NCBI GenBank assembly: GCA_963752595.1
Contig: CAVVYZ010000020.1
Coordinates: forward strand, 1-64,000
Direction of reading: 5' to 3'
Origin: an uncultured delta proteobacterium
Lineage (GTDB): Bacteria; Desulfobacterota; Desulfomonilia; UBA1062
Length of the DNA: 64,000 nucleotides
In this document: one piece after another, positions 35,092 to 44,072 of the stretch
Layout: the number at the start of each line of letters is the position of its first letter
How positions within the stretch are numbered: the first letter of the stretch is position 1
Made by a program: the position numbers and the translations under genes
The notes under the pieces: generated by a model
What the model saw: the letters and a program-made list of their open reading frames with translations, nothing else
Database searches by the model: none
Told to the model about the DNA's origin: nothing

Positions 35092-36757
35092 GAGGGAATG
35101 GGAGATCGTCAACCCGCAGGGAACGATCGCCATCAAGGAGATCAAGCTCGCCCCGCGGCTGACGACGCTGGAGGGAAAGACGATCGTCCTGCGCTGGAAC
35201 GGCAAGCACAACGGGGACAACTACCTCAACCGCGTCGCGGAGCTGCTGGCGGAAAAGGTTCCGAGCGCCAAGGTCATCAAGGTCTATGAGCTGGACAAGT
35301 CGACCATCAAGATAAGCAGCTCCAATGCCGAGTCGGAAAGGATCGCGGGCGTGATCAAGGGGCTGAAGGCGGACCTCGTCATCGCCTCGCAGGCCGATTG
35401 AGGGTCCTGCACCTCATGGCTGATAGTTGATCAGTCCAATTGCGAAAAATTAGGAATCCCGACCGTTACCGTTACCACCGATGCATTTATCTCGCTTTCC
35501 CGGGCAAGCGGTGAGAGCATCGGCCTGGCCGATATGGCCTTTGTCGAAGCCAAGCACCCGATGGGCATGCTGCCGCTGGCAGAAATCCGAGCCCGTGCGG
35601 ATGAAACCTTCAACGACATCATTCAGAAGGCGATTCACTGGAAGCCTTCACGGACCTCTATTGCCGGCCTGGGGAAAGCTCCCTACCCGGCCCCGCGGGT
35701 CAAATTCAAGGGGACCTACGCGGCCCTGAACAAGATGTTCTACGACCAGAAGTGGTCGCTGGGCATGCCGATCATCCCGCCGACCCCCGAAGCCGTGGCA
35801 GCCATGCTGAAAGGCACCACCCTTAAACCCGGCGAGGTCGTCTGGATTGTGCCTCCACGGATGGGTCAGTTGACCGTCGAGCTGGCAGCCACGATAGGAG
35901 TGATGGCAGGCTGCAAGCCGGAGCATATGCCCCTGCTGCTGGCTATGGTGAAGGGCTTCAGCAATTCGGACTTCGACTGGCGCGGCTCCACGACGACTAC
36001 GGGCCCGACGGTTCCGATCGTGGTCATCAACGGCCCGATCATCGACGAGCTGGGAATCGGCTACGGGACCGGCGTCTTTGGCGGTGAGCACCCGGTGAAC
36101 ATCGCCCTGGGTTACTTCGTGAACCTGGTCGGGGATATCGTCGGCGGATCCGTCGCCCCAGATCCGGACAAGAGCACCCATGGGACGAGGGCCGATATTT
36201 CCGCCCTGGTTATAGCCGAAAACGAAAAGGCAAACCCCTGGAAGCAGAGCTACGCCGTGGAAAAAGGCTTCAAGCCCACGGACAACGTAGTTTCCGTTTT
36301 CTCGGGCTATTCGGGCAACAACAACGTGGACCATACGAGCACGACGGGTAAGGCCCTCCTCGACACGATCTCCTTCGGGCTGGCCGGCGCCGCCTCGGGT
36401 ATCACGAGCTGCTTTACCGATCTTGACAAACCGTACAGCCCGGGCAATTCGGTGAGGTTCGCCTTCATTTTCCTCGGACCCGAGCATGCGGCTACCGTGT
36501 TCACCGATTTCAAGACCAAGCAGGCCGCCGAGGAGTACGTGGTCAAGAGGGCCGTGGGCCCCAATTGGACCTATGCGCCCAATCGGTGCGTTCCTCCGAA
36601 GGATTTCGGGCCGGTCAACGCCGATACGATGCTTCCCCGCTTCACGAATGCGAAACAGATCCACATCGCGGTCACGGGAGGTCCGGGAAAACAGACACAG
36701 TTGTTCCCTTCGTTCGTGACGAATAAGCGGGTCGTCTCGGTCGTCGTCGATAAGTAA
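35006..36757 (+). CDS. UGSC-family selenoprotein 5 (A-D-U-G-S-C), long form, ~583 aa
   Basis: TGA 35399-35401 in frame with both flanking ORFs; signal peptide; SECIS-like hairpin with compensatory change. Confidence 0.88.
35419..35435 (+). promoter_or_regulatory. Putative bacterial SECIS hairpin (covariant copy)
   Basis: GCTGAT-AGTTG-ATCAGT: G-C to A-U pair swap and G-C to G-U relative to other copies. Confidence 0.78.
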
Positions 36758-36869
36758 CAGGTTGGCAGCCGGGGGGGCCGTTACTGGTCCCCCCGGGCTT
36801 CCAACATTATTTTTAACCCCCACCGTTGCGAAATACCGGAAAGCAGCATCGGACTTTGAAGATCTTGGA

Positions 36870-37799
36870 TCAGAGATCCTGCAGGATCTCGGCCTTTTTC
36901 TTTTCGTACTCTTCCTTCGTGATCAGGCCCTTCCCATAGATGTCCTTCAGCGTATCGAGCCTCTTTTCAATCGAATCGGCCTTCGAGACACCGATGCCCT
37001 TTTGGTCTTTGCCCGAAACCTGTTCGCCGGCAGCGGGGTCCGCATACCTGGATGTGACATCGACCGGGCCTTCAGGATTCAGGAAGCGCACGGCGCGAAA
37101 GCTCCTCTCGGTGAAATCATCGAGCAGGCGCTGCTGCCCCGGGGAAGGCTTCCCGATATCGAGGCATTCGCCGCAGGCAAGGCCGGCGCATGTCAGGGAG
37201 ACATCCTCGAAATAATAGATAAGTGCCCGTGCTTTGCCCCCGAAGCCTTCCTTCTTTGCGAGCTGTTTGACCAGGAAGCAGGAGGGAATATCGGCTTTCT
37301 TCAGGAGCAGATCCTTTTCCTCTTTCGTGAAGACGTTCTGATCGAGATAGAGGTCATAGCGGTACTCTTCTTCAAGGATCTTCACCTTGCCTGATTCCAG
37401 TGTGCTTAAGGGTTGTATCTCCCTTAAAAAATTTTTCTGCGCCTCCTGATTGGGGTCTCCTGCGGCTACCATGACCCGTATGATGATTCCCCTTGTGAGG
37501 CTGTTGTCCGGGCCGGATTGAGCGAACAGATAGGTGGCGGCGTCAAAGTTACTTTCGGTCGAGTCTCCCGCAGAGGTTGCAGGGCCTCTCTCTTCCTTGT
37601 CTGCCTGAACGCTTCCCAGGTAGGCGAGACTATCGCTTACCTTGATCCTGAGACTGGGAAAGGAGCTGGAAAACATATTGTTTTCGACATCTCTCCTTAC
37701 CTGGAACTCTTTGAGGCTTTTCTCCATGCTGCTGCACCCGGAGAGAAACAGAAGTACGATGACCGATGTCACGAAATATGCTGTCCCGATTTTCATCAT
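36870..37799 (-). CDS. Lipoprotein with C-terminal SHOCT domain
   Basis: Lipobox LSGC; LKDIYGKGLITKEEYEKKKAEIL. Confidence 0.75.
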   Translation of the reverse strand: MMKIGTAYFVTSVIVLLFLSGCSSMEKSLKEFQVRRDVENNMFSSSFPSLRIKVSDSLAYLGSVQADKEERGPATSAGDSTESNFDAATYLFAQSGPDNSLTRGIIIRVMVAAGDPNQEAQKNFLREIQPLSTLESGKVKILEEEYRYDLYLDQNVFTKEEKDLLLKKADIPSCFLVKQLAKKEGFGGKARALIYYFEDVSLTCAGLACGECLDIGKPSPGQQRLLDDFTERSFRAVRFLNPEGPVDVTSRYADPAAGEQVSGKDQKGIGVSKADSIEKRLDTLKDIYGKGLITKEEYEKKKAEILQDL

Positions 37800-37997
37800 A
37801 TATCACCTTCACTTTTTATCGAATTCGGATGGAAAGGATATTAGATTCTCACTTAAGGATGCGGTCTTCCTGACCTGGGCCGTCAAGTGAGAGCAGCGTC
37901 ATAGTACGGCTCGGCGGTCTTTCCCGTCAAGCATTATTCCTCCCATTGCGCATGCACTGCCTGCGGGATGGAAACGGCGCCCCGGGCCACAGGAAAG

Positions 37998-38056
37998 AAT
38001 CTCCTCAAAAACCTCACAGATCATCCATAATTTCTTCAAAATCGTGGAGTAATACT
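37998..38056 (+). promoter_or_regulatory. 4 x 11-bp box array upstream of the Tat paralog
   Basis: AATCTCCTCAA-AAACCTCACAG-ATCATCCATAA-TTTCTTCAAAA; boxes at 38004, 38015, 38026, 38037. Confidence 0.65.
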
Positions 38057-38191
38057 TTTCATACCCAACATAAAGCCTCCTATAATTCTCTTCGACAAAC
38101 TTCTTCTTCCCTTCTGCCCATCGAAGAGAAGAAGAAGTTTGAGTTTATGGTCAGGAGAACAGGATATGGGGGAAAGGATATATACACGGCC

Positions 38192-39484
38192 ATGATAACG
38201 CGAAGGAATATGCTCAAAGGGCTTTTCGCCGGCGTATCGACACTTCCGGTACTAGTGCCGCAGCTGAGGGCAGATACCGGCGACGAGGAATCTGTGTGGA
38301 TCTATAACCCTGCAGGGATCACACAGAACGGCGTCTTTGTCGACGAGATGCTCAGGAAGGGGACGCAGGAGAAAGAGGGCGGGAAATTTCCTCTGACCGG
38401 AGATTTCCCCCACCTCAGCATCGAGTGCATCGAAACAAAAGATGCGTTCGCAACGGTCAACAGGATCTTCTCCCTGCGCGGCTGGGCGGACGGGCTGCCC
38501 ATTGTACCCCCTGACGAGGACAAGGTCAGGAAGATGCTGAAATGCACGGACATGGGGCCGGATGAAGTCATCGGAATCATAGAACCCATGAAAGGGCAGG
38601 CTACGGTGACGAAGGTGGCGGTGAACGCCGTTATGGCGGGCTGCCGTCCCGAGCACCTGCCCGTAGTGATCGCTGCGGTGCGGGTGATTGCCGATCCCGA
38701 TTTCAGCCTCCTTGGGATATCCACGACCACCAACCCCGATACCCCCATGATCATCGTAAACGGCCCCATTGCACGGCAGCTGGACATCAATTCCGGCACC
38801 AATGCCCTCGGGAGAGGCTGGGAGGCCAATGCGACAATCGGGAGGGCGCTCCATCTCGTTGCCCAGAACATCGGCGGGAGCCGGCCCGGAGTTACCGACA
38901 TGTCGTGCCTGGGCCAGCCCGGGGAGTTCGCCATGTGCCTGGCGGAAAACGAGGAGAAGAACCCGTGGGGGCCGCTGCACGTAGAACTCGGATATCGAAA
39001 AGACGCCAATGTCGTGTCGGTAGTCGCTGCAGAAGGAATCCACTCAATCCTCGGCATCGGTTGGGACGACGAAGGCTACTTAAGCCTGGTAGCCGACCAC
39101 CTGGCCAACCTGGACAGGTCGTCGAGGCCGGTGGTCCTGCTGATCATTGCACAGGACACGGCAGCCATGCTTGCACGGAAGGGATGGACGAAAGACAAGA
39201 TCCGAAAGTACATCTACGAGCATGCCCGCCTTCCTTTCCAGAAGTACAAGAAACGGTTCATCGATACCCGGAAGGTTCATGGAGTGCCGGAGTGGGTCCT
39301 CAAGAATACCGACCCCGAGGCCATGATCCCCGTGCCGTTCATGAACCATCTCGTCATTTTAGTGGCGGGAGGCACAGGTGAGAAGAGTATGCTCATTCCC
39401 GTGTGGGCAGGCACGAAAAAAGTGATTTCACAGGAGATAAGGACCCCTTCGGACTGGAAAGATATCCTAAAAAAGACTGATTAA
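38192..39484 (+). CDS. Tat-exported homolog of the UGSC-associated C-terminal domain, lacking the Sec domain
   Basis: ITRRNMLK Tat motif; WADGLPIVPP, NAVMAGCRPEHLP, IVNGP, ANATIGRA, ENEE..PW motifs. Confidence 0.8.
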   Translation: MITRRNMLKGLFAGVSTLPVLVPQLRADTGDEESVWIYNPAGITQNGVFVDEMLRKGTQEKEGGKFPLTGDFPHLSIECIETKDAFATVNRIFSLRGWADGLPIVPPDEDKVRKMLKCTDMGPDEVIGIIEPMKGQATVTKVAVNAVMAGCRPEHLPVVIAAVRVIADPDFSLLGISTTTNPDTPMIIVNGPIARQLDINSGTNALGRGWEANATIGRALHLVAQNIGGSRPGVTDMSCLGQPGEFAMCLAENEEKNPWGPLHVELGYRKDANVVSVVAAEGIHSILGIGWDDEGYLSLVADHLANLDRSSRPVVLLIIAQDTAAMLARKGWTKDKIRKYIYEHARLPFQKYKKRFIDTRKVHGVPEWVLKNTDPEAMIPVPFMNHLVILVAGGTGEKSMLIPVWAGTKKVISQEIRTPSDWKDILKKTD

Positions 39485-39525
39485 GAAAAGCTTGACCCGA
39501 AATACGCCTGAGGGACTGGTGCGTA

Positions 39526-40230
39526 TCAGCGGGTAAGGTTCTTGACCTTTGTCCCTTCCATGATGATACCTTTCTGCGTTGCGCCGGTAACATCGAGCCC
39601 TTGGGCGATGGTGAGGGTGAGGTCCGTCTTTTCGAGAACGGCGTTCTTCATCTGCACGTTTTCCAGAGATGCAGCCATGAATGATGCCGAGGTGAGGTTT
39701 GAGTTGTTGAAGGAGGTCTTGATGAACCGCGTGAGCCCTAAATTGGCCTCTGCCAAATTGCATTTTTCCAGAATGCAGGATTCGACCGTGCTGAATAATA
39801 TCTTTGCCTTTTCCAGGTTCGCTTCGGTCAGATTCAGGTCCTTCAAAGAGGAATAGAGGATGACCGCACCCGATAGCCGCGCCTTGGTCAGGTCCCGGCC
39901 GGAGAGCACCACCCTGATGAAGTGGCTGTCCATGGCGGTAACCCGTGTCAGGATGCATGAGCTCAAATCCATGTCCTTCAAGGTTACTCCCGTGAGATGT
40001 GCGCCTGAAAAATCCGTTTTGTCGAGAATGGCCCCTTCGAGCATTATCCGCTCCAGATGAGCCTCCTGGAAACTCGTCCCGGTGAGGTTCGCATTCCTCA
40101 GGTCGGAGCCCCGCAAGTTTGCCCCTCCGAGGTCGAGTTCGCTTAAGTCCAGACCATGCAGGTCTTCGCTCTCAACGGGCTGACCGTTCGATATGGCGTC
40201 AAAGAGTGATTGTCTATCGTATCCGGGCAT
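39526..40230 (-). CDS. Pentapeptide repeat protein
   Basis: Repeated A(N/D)Lxx units. Confidence 0.9.
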   Translation of the reverse strand: MPGYDRQSLFDAISNGQPVESEDLHGLDLSELDLGGANLRGSDLRNANLTGTSFQEAHLERIMLEGAILDKTDFSGAHLTGVTLKDMDLSSCILTRVTAMDSHFIRVVLSGRDLTKARLSGAVILYSSLKDLNLTEANLEKAKILFSTVESCILEKCNLAEANLGLTRFIKTSFNNSNLTSASFMAASLENVQMKNAVLEKTDLTLTIAQGLDVTGATQKGIIMEGTKVKNLTR

Positions 40231-41678
40231 TATTCAGACTCCAGGTACTCCTTGATCTCGGGAAGCATGACAAATTCCGATTCAGCGATAGCGCCTTCCT
40301 TCAGAGAGAACTGCACCTGCCTCTTCAACTGTTGTATGTCGGTTGTTGCCTTTCCGATCATGATCTTCGTGCCTTCATTTGCCGTGCCCTCGATATAAAT
40401 ATTTCCTGCAAATATCGTATTGATCCTGTTAGTGATTTCACGGAACCGCATATCCTTTTGCACGAGGGTAACCCTGATGGTATCGACTGCGCTTAATATT
40501 TTCTCATAGAGATGCTGTTGCGGCGGAGAAAGCTTGCCTTGCCCCTTGATGGTCCTGAGCTTTGCAATGGAGGCCTGGAACTTGAGGAAATCACCTATCT
40601 TTTCAATGATATCATCTTTGCATAACTCCCTCTCGCTGGAGAGGGCAGGATTATGCCCGATGGTCAGGCTCGTATCGACCGGGTTTGAGGCGATCCCGAT
40701 GGTATGACAGTATATCCATGCCTCGGAAGAAATCATTCCTCCCGAGATCCATCCGTTGGGGCTCCTCACAATCACAGGGCCTACTGCATTGATTTCGCTG
40801 CTTCTAATATAGTCATCCACCATGATCTCTTTTTTTGCGCTGAGAAAGGCGTCCTGGACAAATTTTGCATGGATGGAGCCTAGTGCGGAGATGTGGGCAC
40901 TTTCCTGGCCGAGAATGCCTCCTGAAATATTGATATTTCCGCCGGCCTCTATGGTGACACGGCCTACGCTCATGGTAATGGTCACGTCCTCTGCTGCATG
41001 GATCTCGTAGCCGTCGCCTACTTCTCCGTTGACAACCACAGACCCGTTAAAGCGGATATTTCCTGTAGAAGAATCAACCTTGTCCACGACGTATATCGGC
41101 TCGACTACTATCTCGGGGTCTATCCAGGTCACCATGCCGTCAATGGCTGCAATCAGTTTCGTCCCGTTGTCCGAGGTTTCGACGTTCTTTCCGGGAGGAA
41201 GCTTTGCAGCAGCACCCAGTTTCCCATGGATTTCCTCACCCTTGACCGTCCTCCCCATCTTCCCTTCCTCAGGGGGGATGAGCTCGCACAGGATGTCTCC
41301 TTTCGTGACATTCTGGATCAGGTCCATGTCCTTGAAATTGACCCTGCCGCTTGAATCCTCGTGAAGCTTTACCCGTTTGCCTTCTTTGCTGAAGTGGTAT
41401 TTGACGTACCCGTCTTCCCCGTCGCCGGATTTTTCTCCCTTTGCAACAGTAACCCATTTATTCAAGGTCAGCTCGTCTGCAATCCGGTGGAGGGCATCGC
41501 TCCATATTCCGAAGGTGACTCCGGCATCCTTGATGGCTTCCTGGAGATCGGGCACACTGATAGCGCTGAGTTCGCTTGTTATAGGGGTGACCTTTACACT
41601 TGCTAAAAGACCACCCTCTGTAATGCTGACCTCGATTTTGTACTCTTTCTCCACACTATCCCGGTTCGGAACCTGCAA
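40230..41678 (-). CDS. DUF342/FapA family protein
   Basis: GRVNFKDMDLIQNV, PGKNV, TGNIRFNGSVVVNGEV motifs; start uncertain. Confidence 0.85.
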   Translation of the reverse strand: MQVPNRDSVEKEYKIEVSITEGGLLASVKVTPITSELSAISVPDLQEAIKDAGVTFGIWSDALHRIADELTLNKWVTVAKGEKSGDGEDGYVKYHFSKEGKRVKLHEDSSGRVNFKDMDLIQNVTKGDILCELIPPEEGKMGRTVKGEEIHGKLGAAAKLPPGKNVETSDNGTKLIAAIDGMVTWIDPEIVVEPIYVVDKVDSSTGNIRFNGSVVVNGEVGDGYEIHAAEDVTITMSVGRVTIEAGGNINISGGILGQESAHISALGSIHAKFVQDAFLSAKKEIMVDDYIRSSEINAVGPVIVRSPNGWISGGMISSEAWIYCHTIGIASNPVDTSLTIGHNPALSSERELCKDDIIEKIGDFLKFQASIAKLRTIKGQGKLSPPQQHLYEKILSAVDTIRVTLVQKDMRFREITNRINTIFAGNIYIEGTANEGTKIMIGKATTDIQQLKRQVQFSLKEGAIAESEFVMLPEIKEYLESE

Positions 41679-41827
41679 AAAAAAACTTTAGGATGTACAG
41701 TATTATTCAAGGGAAAGAAAAGAGGCAATAAGCATGGGAGTTTTCCGGGTGATTTCTCTTGACTCATGGAAAGGCTTTCATTACTTTTTTCTCCATCCCA
41801 AAGACGTAAGAAAAGGCAGGCTTCCTC

Positions 41828-42487
41828 ATGATGATCGAAGATGTAACAGCAATGGATATCAAGGGCTTCCTCGACCATGAGGAAGGCATGCAGCTGTACA
41901 AGATTGCCCTGGAAGCAAGCGCAAAAGGCCCGTGCCTTGAGATCGGAGGTTACTGCGGGAAGTCCACCGTTTATCTTGGGTTGGGCTGCAAGGCTGCTCA
42001 TGGGGTTCTCTTCTCCATAGACCATCACCGCGGGTCCGAAGAGCAGCAGCCGGGTCAGGAGTATTTCGATCCGGAGCTTTTTGACGCAGCCGGCGGCAGG
42101 GTGGATACCTTCCGGCTTTTCCGGAGGGCTATCGAAGAAGCATCTCTCGAGGATACGGTCATTCCCGTCGTCTCTTCTTCCGGGGTTGCTGCCAGGATGT
42201 GGTCTACGCCTCTGAGCTTGGTCTTCATCGACGGCGGCCACAGCTACCCCACGGTGTTCACCGATTATACGTCGTGGATGCCGCACATCATGCCGGGTGG
42301 CTACCTTCTTATCCACGACATATTCCGGGACCCGAAAGACGGTGGACAGGCACCGTACTATATGTATCAGCTGGCGATCAAGTCAGGGCTTTTCGAAGAG
42401 AGAGCGCAGGTGAAAACATTAGGGGTCTTGAGGCGGCTTGAGATCGGCGCGGTGCCCGACGCCATACGGAGCTTACGAGACTGGTAG
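41828..42487 (+). CDS. Class I SAM-dependent methyltransferase (Methyltransf_24-like)
   Basis: LEIGGYCGKST, IDHHRGSEE, FIDGGH, IHD motifs. Confidence 0.85.
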   Translation: MMIEDVTAMDIKGFLDHEEGMQLYKIALEASAKGPCLEIGGYCGKSTVYLGLGCKAAHGVLFSIDHHRGSEEQQPGQEYFDPELFDAAGGRVDTFRLFRRAIEEASLEDTVIPVVSSSGVAARMWSTPLSLVFIDGGHSYPTVFTDYTSWMPHIMPGGYLLIHDIFRDPKDGGQAPYYMYQLAIKSGLFEERAQVKTLGVLRRLEIGAVPDAIRSLRDW

Positions 42488-44062
42488 CTCGTCGAGATCT
42501 CTGTTATGGGTCCAGAAGAGCTTTGTGCCGGCGCCGTTGGAGTCGCACTTGATATAGCCTGCATCCATGAGCGTCTTCATGGTCCATGATACGAACGCAA
42601 AATCGCTGCCTATGTTCTCGGCTATTCTGGATGAGAAGAACCCCAGAGGGTCCGATGCCGGGCCGTCCGAACAGCACATTTCTTCAATGATGTCTTCGCT
42701 TAAGAGCCGGTAAATAAAGTTCATCCTCTTCTTGCCTTCCACGAGAAGCTCATCGTGTGGACTGCACTGCTTTTTTTCGTATCGCTCGACGGTCTCCTGC
42801 CATTTCTCTTCGAGGACATCGTCGTATGTTTTCACAAACGAGATCATCTCTTCCGGGCTTACATTCGATGTGCGCACCACGGGACTGTTGGCGTCGTAGA
42901 GAGGCCAGTCGTCGGTAAGGATCGTAAGATCGTATTTCTCGAGCTCTTCACGAACCGTAGTCCCCGGGAAAGGGGCGAGGAAGTGGTACCCGAAGTAAAT
43001 ACCCAGCTCCTGCGCAAACCGTGAGGTTTCCTGCAGCGTCTCTTTGGTTTCTCCGGGCAGGCCCACCATGAAAGATGCATGGGTGATGATCCCTGCCTCC
43101 TTGCAGACCCGGGTAGCTTCCCGTGCCTGCTCCAGGGTTATGCCTTTCCTGATCCTTTTGAGCATATCCGGGTTGCCTGACTCGATGCCGAAGCTGACGC
43201 TGTCGCAGCCTGCATCCTTCATGACCTCGAGAATTTCCCTGTCCACGGTGTTCACCCGGGCGAATGCGCTCCAGACGAATTTGACGCCGCGCCTCTTGAT
43301 CTCGCCGCACAGCGTTTTTACCCGTTCCTTGTTTGCGGTGAACAGGTCGTCTGCGATGTTGATGCGCGGGAAGCCGTAGGCGAGGATGTCCTCGATCTCG
43401 TCCACCACCAGTTCCGGGCTTCTGAAGCGTGCCTTGTAGCCTACCATCTTGCGGCCAAGGCAGAAGATGCACTTGTTGGGGCAACCCCTGCTCGTGATGA
43501 TGCTCACCGGATACCCCAGGGCCAGATACCTTGATACGGGCAGGAGATGGCGCGCAGGCGTGGGGACGGTGTCCAGATTCTCGATGAGAGGCCGCTGCGG
43601 GGTAGTGATGATACGGCCGTTTTTACGGAATGCAATGCCGTTGATCCCGTCCCACTCCTCGGGCGATCTGATGGCAGGGACCAGCTCCGAGAGGGTCTGC
43701 TCACCCTCGCCGACCACGATGAGATCGAGCTCGGGATAGTTTTTCAGCGTATTTTCGATATCAAAGGATACATGCGGCCCGCCCATCAGAGTAACGATCT
43801 TCCGGTTGTAACTTTTCACATCCCGGAGGATGGCGGCGGCCTGGCGGAAATTCATGGTGACGGCCGTAGCGCCCACGGCATCCGGCCTGAAGTCTTCAAG
43901 GGCTGCCGTAAGCTTTTCTTTGGAATATCTGCTGACAATGAAGTCGAAGATCCTGACCGTTGCCCCTGCCGCCTCGCATGCTGCTGCAACATACGTCAGC
44001 CCCAGCGGGGGCGACGGTGCTTCTTCAAGGGGGTAGGGCGGAGCTATGAGCGCGATTTTCAT
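42473..44062 (-). CDS. B12-binding radical SAM protein
   Basis: PPLGL, GGPH, GEGE, SRGCPNKCIFC motifs. Confidence 0.92.
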   Translation of the reverse strand: MKIALIAPPYPLEEAPSPPLGLTYVAAACEAAGATVRIFDFIVSRYSKEKLTAALEDFRPDAVGATAVTMNFRQAAAILRDVKSYNRKIVTLMGGPHVSFDIENTLKNYPELDLIVVGEGEQTLSELVPAIRSPEEWDGINGIAFRKNGRIITTPQRPLIENLDTVPTPARHLLPVSRYLALGYPVSIITSRGCPNKCIFCLGRKMVGYKARFRSPELVVDEIEDILAYGFPRINIADDLFTANKERVKTLCGEIKRRGVKFVWSAFARVNTVDREILEVMKDAGCDSVSFGIESGNPDMLKRIRKGITLEQAREATRVCKEAGIITHASFMVGLPGETKETLQETSRFAQELGIYFGYHFLAPFPGTTVREELEKYDLTILTDDWPLYDANSPVVRTSNVSPEEMISFVKTYDDVLEEKWQETVERYEKKQCSPHDELLVEGKKRMNFIYRLLSEDIIEEMCCSDGPASDPLGFFSSRIAENIGSDFAFVSWTMKTLMDAGYIKCDSNGAGTKLFWTHNRDLDELPVS

Positions 44063-44072
44063 AGAGACTTTC

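Noticed and set aside
14154-36757. Alternative genetic code (UGA = Trp or Gly)
   Set aside because: TGA acts as a normal stop in other genes of the window (for example 6621, 9731, 15368) and Trp is encoded by TGG; read-through appears only at the UxxC site.
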